Shown in pieces: positions 27,280-39,945 of a stretch of DNA of 64,000 nucleotides. Numbering within the stretch: the first letter of the stretch is position 1; every line of letters starts with the position of its first letter. The DNA comes from Raillietiella orientalis. Lineage: Eukaryota. Below the pieces are notes generated by a model. That model did no database searches. It was not told where the DNA came from and saw only the letters and a program-made list of their open reading frames with translations. The stretch is from contig JAYWIR010000019.1 in NCBI GenBank assembly GCA_036172245.1, positions 1,488,001-1,552,000 of the forward strand, read 5' to 3'. The position numbers and the translations under genes were made by a program.

Positions 27280-28380
27280 CCCGAAAAGTTAAATCAATCA
27301 CAGATTCCGACTTTGAGGCGAGCGCGTGTGGACATCGACACCCGGGTGTATGGAGTGATACTCGCCGAGGGGAGTCATGGATGGGGGAGAGGAAGCGACG
27401 ATCAGAGGGACAGCAGGTGCGCGGGAGAGAGTGGCAGCAACATGAACGCGTCCCTTCGCGATCCGCAAAGGAGTCCGTTCGATCGAGAGATGGAGTCCAA
27501 AACAGCGGCGTTGCCGACCGAAGCGCCGACCCGCCGAAGCAGGTAGGGTGGGGTTCCTCGCGCCAAGCTGCTGCATCAAAAGTCCGAAAAGCAGGGCACC
27601 GAGCACTCAAGGGTCGCTCAGTTCAAGGACCATCCTTGAATCGTTGGAAGCATTGCTTCGCAAGCCTTTAGGACACAAGACCAAAAGGACGAGGGGGGGA
27701 GGAGAAGGAGGGAATCCACTGCCCCTTCCTGCCATCCTGGTTTCCTACTATCCGGTGCATCTTCTTGAGGACGAACCTTTGTTCGCCAGTATTTGTTTGT
27801 GCGTTCTTCCTCACGGAGCCTCATCTTCTTCGGAGACTCTTCCTCGCGGGAAGAAGTGAGGAAGAAGAAGTCGGGAATGATCTCTCGTTTCCTTTTGCGT
27901 GACTCCGACGTGCCGCACATCCAAGCTGGACTGGATGCAGCCGAGGAAGCACCGTGTCTGCCGGCAGATCCGTGCCTCTTCTCCTCTCGAGGATCGCCTT
28001 AGAACTTCTTCCTTCCCTGCGGACGGTAGAAGAGAGTTTCGTGCAGAACCCTTCGCCACGAAACGGAGATTCGTCTTCAAGAGGATGCACCGGGTAGGGG
28101 GGAACCAGGATGGCAGGAAGGCAGTGGACCCTCCCCCCTTCCCCACTCGTTCTTTGGGTCTCGTGTCCTAAAGGCTCGTGCACCATTGCCTTCAGCAATT
28201 CAAGGATGGCCCTTGAACTGCGCGACCCTCGAGTGCACCGGCTTGCAGGGTTCGCCGACGGAGCGAAAGAAAGTGCGCCTCCGCATCCGCTGCTGGCGCG
28301 CAAGGCACGCGCGCTCCCTCCCGGCGTTTCTTCTCCGATCGAAGCACTCCTGGAGGTGGCCCTCATCCATAGAACGGAAT
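27280..28380. mobile_element. Cluster of decayed L1/Tx1 ORF2 pieces in both orientations (two copies of one C-terminal segment flanking an APE piece)
   Basis: 27603-27780 and 28067-28236 are reverse-complement homologues (SFWSCVLKACEAMLPTIQGWSLN vs SFFGSRVLKARAPLPSAIQGWPLN); 27861-27960 repeats at 29599-29695. Confidence 0.5.
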
Positions 28381-29399
28381 CGCGCCGCGCCAGCCTCGGT
28401 TCGCGAGCTGCGCGGACCGGGTCGGTGCGGGCGCAGTCTCTCTCCCTCCCTGATTCCACGGTCAATTAAATCGAGATTTTCTTTTTTTTCTTCTCTTCCC
28501 GTGTTATCCTTGCCGTAATCTTGGACAGGGGGCTGTTTAGGTTTCAGACTTTTTTCGTCGCGGTTCTCGACCGGAAGCAATCGGTTCCCTTTCTCGGCGA
28601 CGTTTTTCTCGCTACGCAGCGTCCAGCAGACGCCGGAACCGAATCTCGAAGTTGAAGTCGAGCGGCGCCCAGTGCTGGCAGGCGGTGCTCTCCGTTTCAA
28701 AGCTGGCGATGTGCGCCGAGAGCAGTATGGCGCGACTCGCCGCCAGCGACCGCTGCAGTTCCGGCGGGGACGTCCTCGCACGCACGCACAGGAGCGCTGC
28801 AAGATCCATCGACATTCCCCTCGACGCGAGTCCGTGCTAATGCCCAAAAGATGCTCCGGCCGAATCCATTGGGAGCCATCCGTAAACGGAGGGAGCGTAG
28901 GTCTTTACTCGGAGACGATGACGTGTGCGCCCCTTTTTTTTTGCAGGTCAGGTCCCGTTACCGTGGCAGCAAACCGCAGGCGACGTGGAGCATACAAAGA
29001 AAGCGTGGCGCCGCGCAGCATGTTCTGCAGCTTTCCGATTGCCCAGAGCGCGTTCCAGCCTTGCCGCATCCTTTCTGGTGCGGAAAGCACACGGGTCGAG
29101 CATCCTCTAAAGCGGGCATTCCGAAGAAATCGCGCCGGTGCTTCGCGGGGAGCACTTCAGCAGGGGGAAACCGGATGACTTTTGTTCGATGGGTCGCGAA
29201 CGGTTTCGGGTCGTGACAGCCACCTATCCGTGGAACAGCAAAGCAAAGGGAAGAGAAAAAACACACATCTCCGTATGGTTTCAAGGGGAAGCAGCGGGAA
29301 GTTGTTTCCTACGACGGTAAATGCCAGATGACCGGTTCTCCTACGAAAAATCAGCCGGCACGGCCTACGACGGTCTCAGCAGTAGCAGAAGCAGCAGCA

Positions 29400-30050
29400 T
29401 GCTGTGTCCGTTTCGTGATGCTGACGCGTCAGTTCCGATCGGTCCGATCGGAAAAATGATGTGAAGTTGGCGGTGTCGTTTTCAACCTGTGCACGCTGGA
29501 AGTTCCCTCGCCAGGAAACCCCTTTTTGCCTTTTTGCACGGGAAGCATCCGCCTGCAAGGGTGATCAAGGAGTCTCCGGAGAAAATGGGGATCCGCGAGG
29601 AAGAAGTCGGGAGAGATCTCTCGTTTCCTGCCTGCGTCCTCCGACGTGCCACACATCCGTGAGGGACTGAATGCAGCCGGGGAAGCCCCGCGTCTTCAGG
29701 TAGACCTGTGTGCCACTCTTCTCAGGAGCATTGCCCCCGGGCATTTGGAATTATGAAACGTTTCCTGCTTTCTTGAATGCATTTCGGCTCTTCGGGACGA
29801 TAAGATCAGCGACCGAACTGGCAACGGTTCCAAATTCACTTCGGAGATCACTTGTGGCTGATCCGCGTCTGCTCTGGAGATCTCCTCAACGAAATCAAGA
29901 TTCGGCATTCCCTCGACTGATGGTGCATTTTCTTTGGCTAACATTCTCACCCCTCGAGTTCTTCCGTAGTAGCCGTCGCTGTTGTGATTTTTTTTTTTTT
30001 TTTCTTGATCCAGAAATTCCTCGGTATGCGCACGTTTGGGAAGATTGAAT
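29400..30050 (-). mobile_element. Decayed APE endonuclease domain (L1/Tx1 type)
   Basis: GRTRGVRML, GFPGCIQSLTD (GDFNC-like) and LQADASR...VSWRGNFQRAQVE in order. Confidence 0.45.
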
Positions 30051-33000
30051 TGGCATGCGCCACCATCGACAGGAAAAGGGAAAAGACCACCACCATGGGA
30101 AAATACGTACCAGAGAGTTCCCTGACCTGACATACAAAGTGTGAATTCTCATCCGAAGGGAACAGTAGCCGAAAAAGAGCAGTTCCGAAAGCAGTGTGCC
30201 CAGTGAACTTTCGTAGTAACAATTTCCTGTCATTCTTGGCACTGAAGAATTCACAGATATCATAACGAAAAGATCGTGGGTTCCTTAGTGCCAGATATGA
30301 AAGGATTTATGCCGGAAGCACGAGGTGTCCATTTGGCGATGTTCGAGTCCCATGTTTCCCTTTTGCTCGCTTTCGTTCTCTCAAGATGGATGGGGAAGGC
30401 GAGACGTGGCACGCTTACGTGTGGGTGATCGGAAGGCATCAAGACATGGCTTTGGCTCCAAACTGCGGTCCTGGTCCACGCTCGGACAGCCGAGAAGTTC
30501 CTGAAAGAGGCCCGCCTCTTGAGGCGTGAGGCGCTCCAGGGTTTCAAGTCGCCAAAGCATTTCCACGAAGGCGAGGGGGAAAAGCAAAAAGGGAAAACCG
30601 AGGAATCAGAAGGAAGAGCAGAGAGGATCCTCAAACCGCGTGCTTTCCATCTCGACGGAGGCGCGAGGGTCGCTCTACAAAGGACAAAGGAAGCCAAGAT
30701 CGAGCGTTCCAGTTTATCGAACTTGGCTGTGCACTAATGTTTCACATTCTTCCTCATTCTGGAAGTCTCCGTGACAACACATCCGCTAGGCTGCTAATGC
30801 AAAATTGTCATATCCAGTATTTCGTATCTCCTAATTTTTTTTTTTTTTTTTCTCGTAGCCCTATCTTAGCGATGCGTGGCTTGTGTCCTTAATTACAGGA
30901 TTCCATGAATGCCTATGTTTGAGTGCACGCAGTATCACGCAAACACTAATAGCGTGATTTTATCTCGCAACTAGGAAAAGATTCATGCGAAGAGATTTTC
31001 TTTTCTTTTTTTTTTTAAATTCGCTGGGTTTCCGGTCACCTTTTGGCTGCGCCTTGCCAAGGGAGGAACGGATGGGTGAGCTTAGCTCGGAACGTACTGC
31101 CGGGCCGCTTCGTTGGTGGTGGGCGCAGTCGGTCTGACTGCGTGAAATGCAGTTTGCATCCTGTCCGAGAGATTGGTCCATCAGGAGCCGAACGAAGAAG
31201 GTTTCTCCCGTGGCGTGTCTGCTTCCTCGGCGTGAAAAGGGCTCTCGTGGTGGGGAGATCTTTTGGTCCGATTTTGAGTCCCCTGCGAGGACAGCACTCT
31301 CAGCGGATCGAGGACCAACACATTCTGGAACGAAGCAAGGATTCCCTGACCTGGTCTGTCGTAAGGTTCAGATGGTTGCAGATGAGCGAAGAAAAAAAAA
31401 AAAAGAAGGAAGACCGAGCGATGCTTTCTCCATATCGCCTGTTTCCAAAGACTTCCGTAGACTTCGGTCCTTGCAGAAATGCCAGCCTGAGACCACGGGA
31501 TTAGAATCTGCGCTCGCATTCCTGCGAGACAGAGAGCTTTGTTCATGACGATACAACGATTCCGTCTGGGAAAAAAAAAAAACATGCATTGGGATGGAAG
31601 AGGTGAAAAAGAGCTCCTTTTGTCCAGATTTGATTCTGCATGAGGATGGTAACATTGATTCAATAATGTTGCGACTGTACCTAACTGAATGATCCCCGGA
31701 TAGCAAACCTGTATACGTTGGAGTTTATATATTTCCCGTGCATACCCACACACATACATGCCTGTGCATCCGCATTTATGTGTATACGTACACATGTGTG
31801 TCCATGAGTCCTCGTATGCACCTGCGTGTGTATGAGTGCATGTATACGTACAAATGCACGTACGCGTGGATCCGAATCCGTTTTAAATCTACTCCAGAAA
31901 CCCGTGTATCCTGAAACAGCCACCCAGTTCCCATTTTATAAAGGCACCCGCTCTTTGAGCTGTACAAACGTGCTCTTTACAAACGTGCTGGTCACCTGCA
32001 TCCCCATAATTTGCCAGAAATGTTGGGGGGATTGGCAGGAGAATTTCACCTCAGTGGTGGGCTGGTAGGCAAGGGGGGAGGGGGGAAGGTCTACCATTCA
32101 CTCACTAACTTTGAAATCCGTCGAGGATTCACGCCTGCCTTTTGAATGGGCCCCGGCCTTCCTGCCAGACTGCAAGTGTTCTGAGGTGTCTCAGCACCAC
32201 CAGAAAGTCACAAGAGATTCCAGGAAATTTCCTTTCCTCCGAAAGGAAGCCTCTCGACAGTCCCACGCGTTTCCGTGCTAAGCCGAGAAACTTGGGACGG
32301 GAATCCGGGAAACTCCTCCGGATCGGTTTCGGATGCAGAGCGCCGCGAAAACGTGGGGTGTTCGAGTGACGTCGGCTCACGAAGTGTCAGGATGAAACGA
32401 AGAATTCGCTGTCGCATTTCCTGACGTGTAGAGTGTGGAATGTTCTTTCGTGGAAACGGAAACTCCCAAGAATTCCGTCCCGAAGTGGTCAGCTGGAACA
32501 CCAGGAAGGAAACGCATGGAGCGGGTGAGTGGAAGAACCGGAAATCTCGCACAGTGGAAAGGCAGATGGTCCGTTCCCCCTCTTGTGCCGACGTGAAGAC
32601 ACCCTCTCTCGGTCAACGGAAGAGAAGTCGGTGGTGTCGGGTTCAGGTGCTCCGCGTGGCTGGTCTTCCTTTCAGCCATCCGTTTGTCCCTTTTCGCGTA
32701 AGGGGAAGCAGCAGAAGCCCCCCTGGATCGCTGGAACAGCGTGTCTTCGGAATTGCACCATCGAAGTGTAGGTGTTGCAGGCCGCAAAGGACATCCAAAT
32801 TGGGTCGAGAAAAAACTTTGGAGAATGAGAGGGCAAAGTGAGTCTTGCCCTCGCTTTAGATGTCTTAGCAAGCTCAAGCATCAGTCGCCTTCCATGAAGA
32901 AAACACGGGAAAAGATGGTAGAGCCGGCAACCACCGTCGCCGTCGTTTAAATTCATGTCTGAAACGACTCGATCTTCAAGGGAGTGATCACTGAATCTGC

Positions 33001-33699
33001 ATTTTGTGACTTTCTTTCTTTTCTTTTCCTTTTTTGAAAAAAAGAAGAAGAGGAGGAGGAAAGCTCATTCTTAAGATTTCAAATTGCTATTTCCTTAGTG
33101 TGCAGCAAAGATCGCCTCGCAGAAAAAAAGCCCTACGGATACGAATCGATTACTCCGGAAAGTGAATCGCAATGATGGCTAAATAATGCAGGTTTTCGAT
33201 AGATTTTGCAACTGCTCATCGGGTTTCTGAATATCAGTAATCGCAGATCTGGAGCTCGTCCTTATCTAGCAATTAATTAATGCCAGTGTGGCATGTTGCT
33301 TAATCCTTTTCCTTCACGTTCTGCTGTTCAGATGTTGGCGGTCAGCTCACGCAATCCATCGCCAATAAAAAAAAGTACGTTATCTACGAGCACATCATCC
33401 CATATTAATAATTGAGGACTCTTTCCCGTAATCTATGCAGGGACCGTTCACGTTAAAGGTACATTCCAACACATTTGAAATGTATAGATCTCAGGTTGCC
33501 TAGGGACAGCCACAAAATTCGATAAGTGGCCGCAATGATTGGAAGATTGCTAAACAGTGAATATTCTCCTCTAGCCCTAAGGCTTTGATGATGTCCACCA
33601 ACGTCTGCTGCGTCCGAAGTCTTTGTTGACATTCTTCTGCGATGACAACAACACGCGCCAACCACTTCGGCCGAAGGTGTTACGCAGATGGACCCTTGC

Positions 33700-35880
33700 A
33701 TGCGGCTCTGCAGCTCGAGGTGTCACTTCGCTTTTCACCCGGCCAGCCGCGTTGTCCTTAGAAACGCCGACCAAGCGTCGCCTCCCGTAATGGCTCGAAA
33801 GCCACCTTTCCAAGCCATTCCACTTGACACCCGGTCGCCTGCACCCACCCAGGGGTAGCGCCGGGCGCGTGGACCAAATCGGCGGATCCGGCGAAGGTCC
33901 TCCTCACCCGGAAGGGAAGAGAATCCGATCGCTCCGGAATCGCACGGTCCTGCTCTAAAGGGCGCCTTCCGTTTCCGCTCCTCGATTGGCTGCTGCCGCT
34001 CGCCCGCTTCTTTCGGCGGCGGGTGAGTCCCTACGGAGCAGCAGCGCACGGCGCCACCGGAAATGGAAGCAGAGCCCGGGAGAGTTTAGCCGAGAGGAGG
34101 GAAGCCGGCACGCCCCCCTCGAGCTTTTGAAAAAGACCGCCAGCGCCAACCACGGCGACTGCGCTGACACCTCGGCTGCCTCCTCGACGCCGCGGCTCTC
34201 GGTGTGGCTCGAGTCGTCCCGGGAAGTCTCGCGGAGCGGAACCCAAGACGTCCGCGCTCCTCCTCCCCAATCGGGCGACTTCGCAGCTCCTCCCCGTGCT
34301 GCCGCTTCCAGGCAGCTGCTGCCTTCCGGGTAAACTGAGCAGCACTCTCCTATCCTCCTTCCGCTCGGGGGGAGGGACCTCTTTCCCGTTCGGTATCCTG
34401 AGAAACACCACCGCCCCTCCACGGGCTCGCGAATCGTCGAGTGGGCGCAAATTACGCGCATGCTCGCGGATATTCGGTCGTAAGGAGTGGCGGAAACACT
34501 GGGATCAGCTCTTTGCGCAGGTGGAGGGCTGGCAGGAACGCGTTCTGTGCTGGCGTTTGTGGGTTGCAACGGTCTCGTCGAGTGCCACCTCGGAGCTTTC
34601 CAACTTGTTAACCCACGTCGGCGTCACGAGAAGGAACTCCACAGTCGACGAGTTTTACTCCTTTGCTTTGTGCTAATCGCCATGTTCTCACAGAGCCATC
34701 TGTGGGAGAAAATCTGAACTGAATCTCATGACGAGTTCGCTGAGACTCCGCGAGCTTCGCAGCAGCGGTCTCTCCCTGGAGTCCAGCTCTCTCTCCCAGG
34801 CGGATTCGGGCGCCCATGTGGAAATTTTTCGGCTCTTTTCTCCGCTCCCCTTTCGTTTCTGTTTCCGTTTCGAAGGTCTGCTGCTTATTCCCGCGCACTC
34901 ATGGCTTACCTTTGTCTCTCTCTGGGCAGAGCACAACACGACCGCCGGGGATCAGTGTACGGTGATGCTACCCATCACAGTCAAGCAGACTTCACGTCTT
35001 TCTTCACGAGCGGCGCAGGGGCTCGGTGTTCGTCCAACCCCGAGTCCGGAACATGCATGGGCCAACCACTACCTCCCACTACTCTTGGTCACGTTTAGCT
35101 CTTTAGCGCCTAGATGTCGATGAGGTTCACGCCTCCATACTGGCAGTGTCCGGCAAAAAGGTACCTCTCGTAGGTACTCTCCTGTGGCGTGGTGGCGTAG
35201 CGCACCTTGGAAAATTCAGAGACGGCACCTGCCCTCTGTTGGAGTTGGGCGCCTTCGGCAGGTGCGATGTGCAGCAAGTACAAGCACGTGAGTGTACGGT
35301 GATGCTACTACCCATCATAGTCGCAGCCTGTCCGTCTTCAACTGGTGCTTGTCTTCTAGACAACCGTATGAAAAACCACCCGCGGAAGACTGTCATGGGA
35401 AAACTTCTTGGAATCCGCGAGCGCTCGGAGTTCCAGAAAAGGGCACACGTTACTGCGTGCTTGATGTTCGTGGTTCGTCCTCTTGTCCGAGAGCCGGGGA
35501 AAAAGAGCGCAGCTGACCCAGTGCCACCCGAAGGAGACTCAGAGGGAAGTCGCTTCCCTAGGCCTCCAGCAACCTCAGCAACAGTGCTCAACCATTTGCA
35601 CGAAACCTCGCTCAAGGACTTCTCGGAGTGAAGTCTGCTCCACATACGGCGCGACCATTTCGCCCAGTGGTACTCTTTTGATCTTCCTGCGTGCGGTGCT
35701 AAAAGATGATAAAACCGCCTCTCATGGCTTGAAAACAGCAGGAATATTCCTGGAGTTAGCCTTTCTTTCCTCCTCACGCACATCCCACCTGTCACGGCGG
35801 ATGTGACGCCAAGAACTTCAGAGTGGCCGCCACATCAGTGGACGTTGACATTGACGTTCTCAAACCGACCTGAAGTTCGC
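33700..35880 (-). mobile_element. Highly decayed L1/Tx1 ORF2 (APE to start of RT)
   Basis: NVNV, SAGGFS, VPF..DH-like, SGR*WLAH, LLRSSRSLSE, AKSPD and LFQKLEGGVPASLL in the expected order; weak DNA similarity to 4350-4840. Confidence 0.4.
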
Positions 35881-36634
35881 GCGCAACAGGTTGCTTCTGA
35901 CGTTAACCACTTTGGAGAGAGCGGTTTCACGCAGTCCGGGAGCACTTGATGGCAATACCGGAAGTCCCGGAGCATTGCGGAAGTGGCACGTGCCGTCCTC
36001 GAGGGACTGAAATCGACGCCTTCTCTCCATCGCTTGCTCCCTACCCTCCCTTGCTGGGCTGTTCTGGCAAAGCATCGCCATAGCGATTCTGCGACGTTGT
36101 TCGAAGCCAGAGCCAGCGTGCCGGCGCCCGAGACTTCGGGCGGGCCCACCGACTTGCGTCACGACGCGAAAAGTTCAGCTTGAGGAATGCAACTTGCGGC
36201 ATCGACGACGCTTCGGGCACGCGACGAGAGTCCGAAGCGCGTGGCAGTGTCTCCAGGAGGCTGCCGGCGTTTTCAGGAAGCAGCAGTGGTAACAACAGCG
36301 GCAGCGACAGGTAACGGCAACCGAAGAATGACGCCGGTTGTCATCGTGGAGACAGGCGCTGCTTAACACTTATATCCTTGCTGTGGCCGCAGACTTTCAC
36401 GCGGTGACCCCAGTTTCCCGAGCATCTCCTCCTTCCCAGCGTCGAGTTGCCGCGTTTGCATCTGCACGGGGAGGTGGTGGTTTAAGGGGACCTTGGCGAT
36501 TACACTCGCCGGAAAAGCGACCAGTCATCGAACGTATCCAAACCCATTCCTTTTCTAGTTGTGCTGGTGTCAAAGGGCGCACGCATGAAAACTATGAGCC
36601 AGCTCTCCCTTAGTCTTTGGTAGCTTGCGTGAAA

Positions 36635-37240
36635 TACGACGCGCATCTCAAAAGTAACGGCGCATCGTATAGAAAGGAAGAACAACAAACATAAGGAACA
36701 AAAATGTTTTCCTGGTTCGAAACACATCCATCCCCATGCCATTCTTCCACGTAATCGCCATTTTTTTTTTCCAAACACTTTTGACACCGTGGCAGAAGCT
36801 TTTTGGAACTGTCCGCATGAAATTCCGCCGCCTGGGAGTTCAGTCGGTTCAGCAGCACTGCAGTTTTCCACTCCTCGCCTTCCCCCTCGAACCGTCGAGC
36901 CACCCCTTGAGGCGCAGGAAGACGTGGTGGTCACTGGGCAGCACTGCGGGGTGGGTGATGTTGAAAAGTTCGCGTTTGAATTTCCGAAGTGCCTGGAATG
37001 TGCGGACAGCAGTGTGTGGGGGACCGAAAGGGTGCGCTTTTGGTGGTCTTCATGGAGCCTGGAGCAACCACCACTTCGCGAGTCCACAGTGGAACACTTT
37101 CAAAAGTGCGGCGTGCCATTCAGCAGGACCGACGACGTGGAATGCTGAGATCAGGAATTGCTGTTCTCCTTCACGACAACCCACGCCCACACACTGCTGT
37201 CTGGCTCAAGTAAAAATTTTCAGGCAGGCTTGCTGGGTAC
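36635..37240 (-). mobile_element. Mariner (Tc1/mariner) transposase relic, 3' portion with terminal-repeat-like end and internal inversion
   Basis: Minus strand: PSDHHVFLRLKGWL, RLNSQAAEFH...KKLLPRCQKCLEK.NGDYVE. Plus strand 36995-37200: DRKGALLVVFMEPG...VRRAIQQDRRRGMLRSGI..LLHDNPRPHTA. End tacgacgcgcatctcaaaagtaa at 36635 resembles mariner TIRs. Confidence 0.85.
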
Positions 37241-38100
37241 CGCCAGGGTCCACCGAGAGGTTATCGAGGCAGCAAAGCTACCGCTGCACGACCTCGACCA
37301 GAGCCAAATCGTATTCACTCTGCTCGTGCGCCGGCCATTTCAACGCGTGCTATTCCGTCAAGACATTGCGAAGCTGACCTGGACCTATGCGCCCGTGGTG
37401 CTGATTCTCTCTCCGGGAGGCAGGAAATCTTGAGGAGACACGCTCATGAAAACGAAAGAGTGCCCCGTTCCCGAATTCGTCTCTGTGGAGCACTCCCCGA
37501 TGGTTGCAGATTTTCGAGGGGTCTTCGATGTGGGAAGCCTTCGATTTCTTTTCCCTCGACGGGAGGACTTCCCCGCCCGAGAAGACACACAAGAGGGAAT
37601 TTGTGCTCCTTCGAGCCACAGGATGCGACTCCTTGGACGATTCTCTTCCGCCCGTGCGAACCCTCTCTGCCCCAAAGAGTCTCGGCCGCCGCCGGCGAAC
37701 TGCTTTCCTGCTGGTCGGGTTCTGGTCACCTCTGCAAGGACGCCTGCTCCTCCTTCCGGTGATTGGGTTCGTGGTACGAACCCAATCACCGGAATTGGAA
37801 GGGTCGGAGCTGCTCTCTGTGGGCTCCAGAGTGATCCCGGATGCCCGCTCTCGCAACGTGCGCGCGCCCTCAGACCAATGCGCTGGGATCGCTCTTTACC
37901 GGCAGCTCGTCTTTGGCGCAACCCGCAACTCGGTGTTGCGGAGGTGCCTCCGGGGACGGACAGCCGCACATGGAACAGCGGAAACGATGAAGAAGAGCTC
38001 CAAGAGTGGAACTGCTGTGCCAGCCGCGACCCCGTCTCTCCCAGGGAATCTCTTGAGCGGATCGTCGTCGGTGACCCTTCCGGGATCATCGGCGGAACAC
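37240..38100 (+). mobile_element. Probable decayed L1/Tx1 ORF2 post-RT region
   Basis: Hydrophobic thumb-like stretch followed by LPAARLWRNPQL (cf. PLW.NP.); weak. Confidence 0.3.
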
Positions 38101-38339
38101 CAGGCTGCTCACGAGGCAAAAAAAAAAAAAAAAAGGCAGCAGATGCGGAGTCCTCCGCATTGCAAGAGACGCTGCAGATGGTTGGCCCGGGAGGAGTGGC
38201 TCGGCCCTCGATTTCGGAGTCAGCAAGACCAGCGCTCCCTCGACCTGGATGCTTCCAGCATTGACCCTACTGAAGCCGCGCCTCCCGATGACGGAGGCGC
38301 TCCGTTACTGACGGCATCCCGGGGCTCTTAGAAATCGCA

Positions 38340-38480
38340 GGAAAATAAGGAAGAAGAGGTTTCCTCTTCCGGGGTTCCTTTCAGATTGCCCTTCCAAGCG
38401 TGAGAGGAACGGACTCCTCCCTCCGGAGCTTCCTGGATTCATGGTGGGTGCTCCCTTCCTGGGTATCTCCTAACTGGAAG
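38340..38480 (+). mobile_element. SINE-like family A, 3' body fragment
   Basis: gaagaagaggtttcc...ccaagcgtgagaggaacggactcc...ttcctggattcat matches 6845-6950 and 39696-39770. Confidence 0.55.
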
Positions 38481-39159
38481 AAGTCAGGAGATCCCTGGTC
38501 CTTCTGAGAAAGGGGCGCAGCTGCGAGGCAGGGCCCACTTCAGCGTTCGCACCCAAGCAGAGGCCGAACCGCCTCCGCGATAGAACTCGCGCACGCGGAG
38601 AGATGCGGCGATCCCTTCCACCTCTCAGGCACACACAGCCTTCAGCCCTTCCCCCTTCGGGTATCCTGAGGGACCGGTTCCCCTTTTCCTTTGCGATCTC
38701 CTGAGTCCCGAACTCACTCGCACATCCCGCTCAGTAGGGAAAGATGGGGTCCCCTTCTTCGCGGAGGCGCATCCTTAATCGCTCAGGGGGTCCTCTTCCT
38801 TCATTCGTTGCAATTCAAATGATGAACCGCATCCGAAGTCACGTTCGCCCTCCCTTCGCTGAGGTCCTCGGATACCGGAAATTTCTTGCGAGGAGGCAAG
38901 CGGGCTGCCTGTCGCTGCCCTGCCGGAATTCTACTCCTCCCCTGCCTTCCGTGGATCACGATCTGTCGACCGCGACGTCTCGACCCCACCCATGCGGTAT
39001 GAGGAGCCCCCATCGAGGTTCCGATGTGCGGAAGCGAAGTGCCGCCCACCACCTCTTCTCTGAAATCAACCAGGGGTGCTTCGGAGAGGGGAGGGCTCTC
39101 TGAGGAATTCCGCTGAATTGCCCCTTCCCGCAGACCGCATTTCCGGGCCCACATTGGAG

Positions 39160-39945
39160 ACCGCGTGGCTGCAGTCTCTTCCGCGCGTTGCACGAAGCAT
39201 TGCGGGTTCGAATCTCGCCCGGGAAGGATCGACTCCAGAGAAAATGGGGGTGTCCAGTCTCCCCCGCAAGATGACACCGGTCGGACCGTTCGATCGTGTC
39301 AGTGGAGGGAGTTGGAAACCCCCCGATGACCCCACTGACTGGCCGGGATTGGAAGTTGACCCTCTGGGATCCTTCCAGAAACCAAGAAGTCGTCCTCCTC
39401 CAGTCGTGAAAAAATGGGGCTGCCCTTCCCATCGGAAGGGGACCCTCCATCGCGCATCATGGAGCTGGTGGATTGATACGTGTCCAGAGTGTGAGGAAGC
39501 GTGCTGCTCCCTTCGGAGAGCGCTTTTCAGGGAAATCCGGAAGCGTCCCTTCGGGGTTCTCTTCATAAGGGGGAACAGTTTCCTCGCAGTTTCCTCTCTC
39601 CGAAGAAGAAATTCCAGCTGAGGATCCTTTCCTTGTTCCTTTCGGAGTTGAAATGAGGAGTAGTCCCCTTCGTGGAACCCCTTTGGAGAGAACAAAGAAG
39701 AGGTTTCCTTCGGGGTTCCCTCCCAAAGCTCAAGAGGAACGGATCTCCGCAGGAGCCTTTGTGGATGCATAGGGTGGTCGCTTCCCGGGTATCCCCTAAC
39801 CCGAAGAGCCCACACGCACTCCAGGGTGGCGCTGAAGAGCGCTGAGTAGCTTCATGGACCTGCAGGCAGACGGTTCTTTAGCGCTCTGCGAACCTCCCCC
39901 CCCCCTTCCTCCAAAAAAAAAAGCCGAGGAAAGTTTTGTTTAAGC
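39160..39945 (+). mobile_element. SINE-like family A, near full-length copy
   Basis: Head ccgcgcgttgcacgaagcattgcgggttcgaatctc (B-box 39205-39215), full shared body, A-rich tail at ~39913-39922. Confidence 0.7.

Noticed and set aside
37385..39815. ORFs of 240-275 aa on both strands as host genes
   Set aside because: Stop-poor frames within TE relics. The peptide similarity of 39066-39815 to 165-1226 is explained by both being antisense to family A, whose copies differ by frameshifts.
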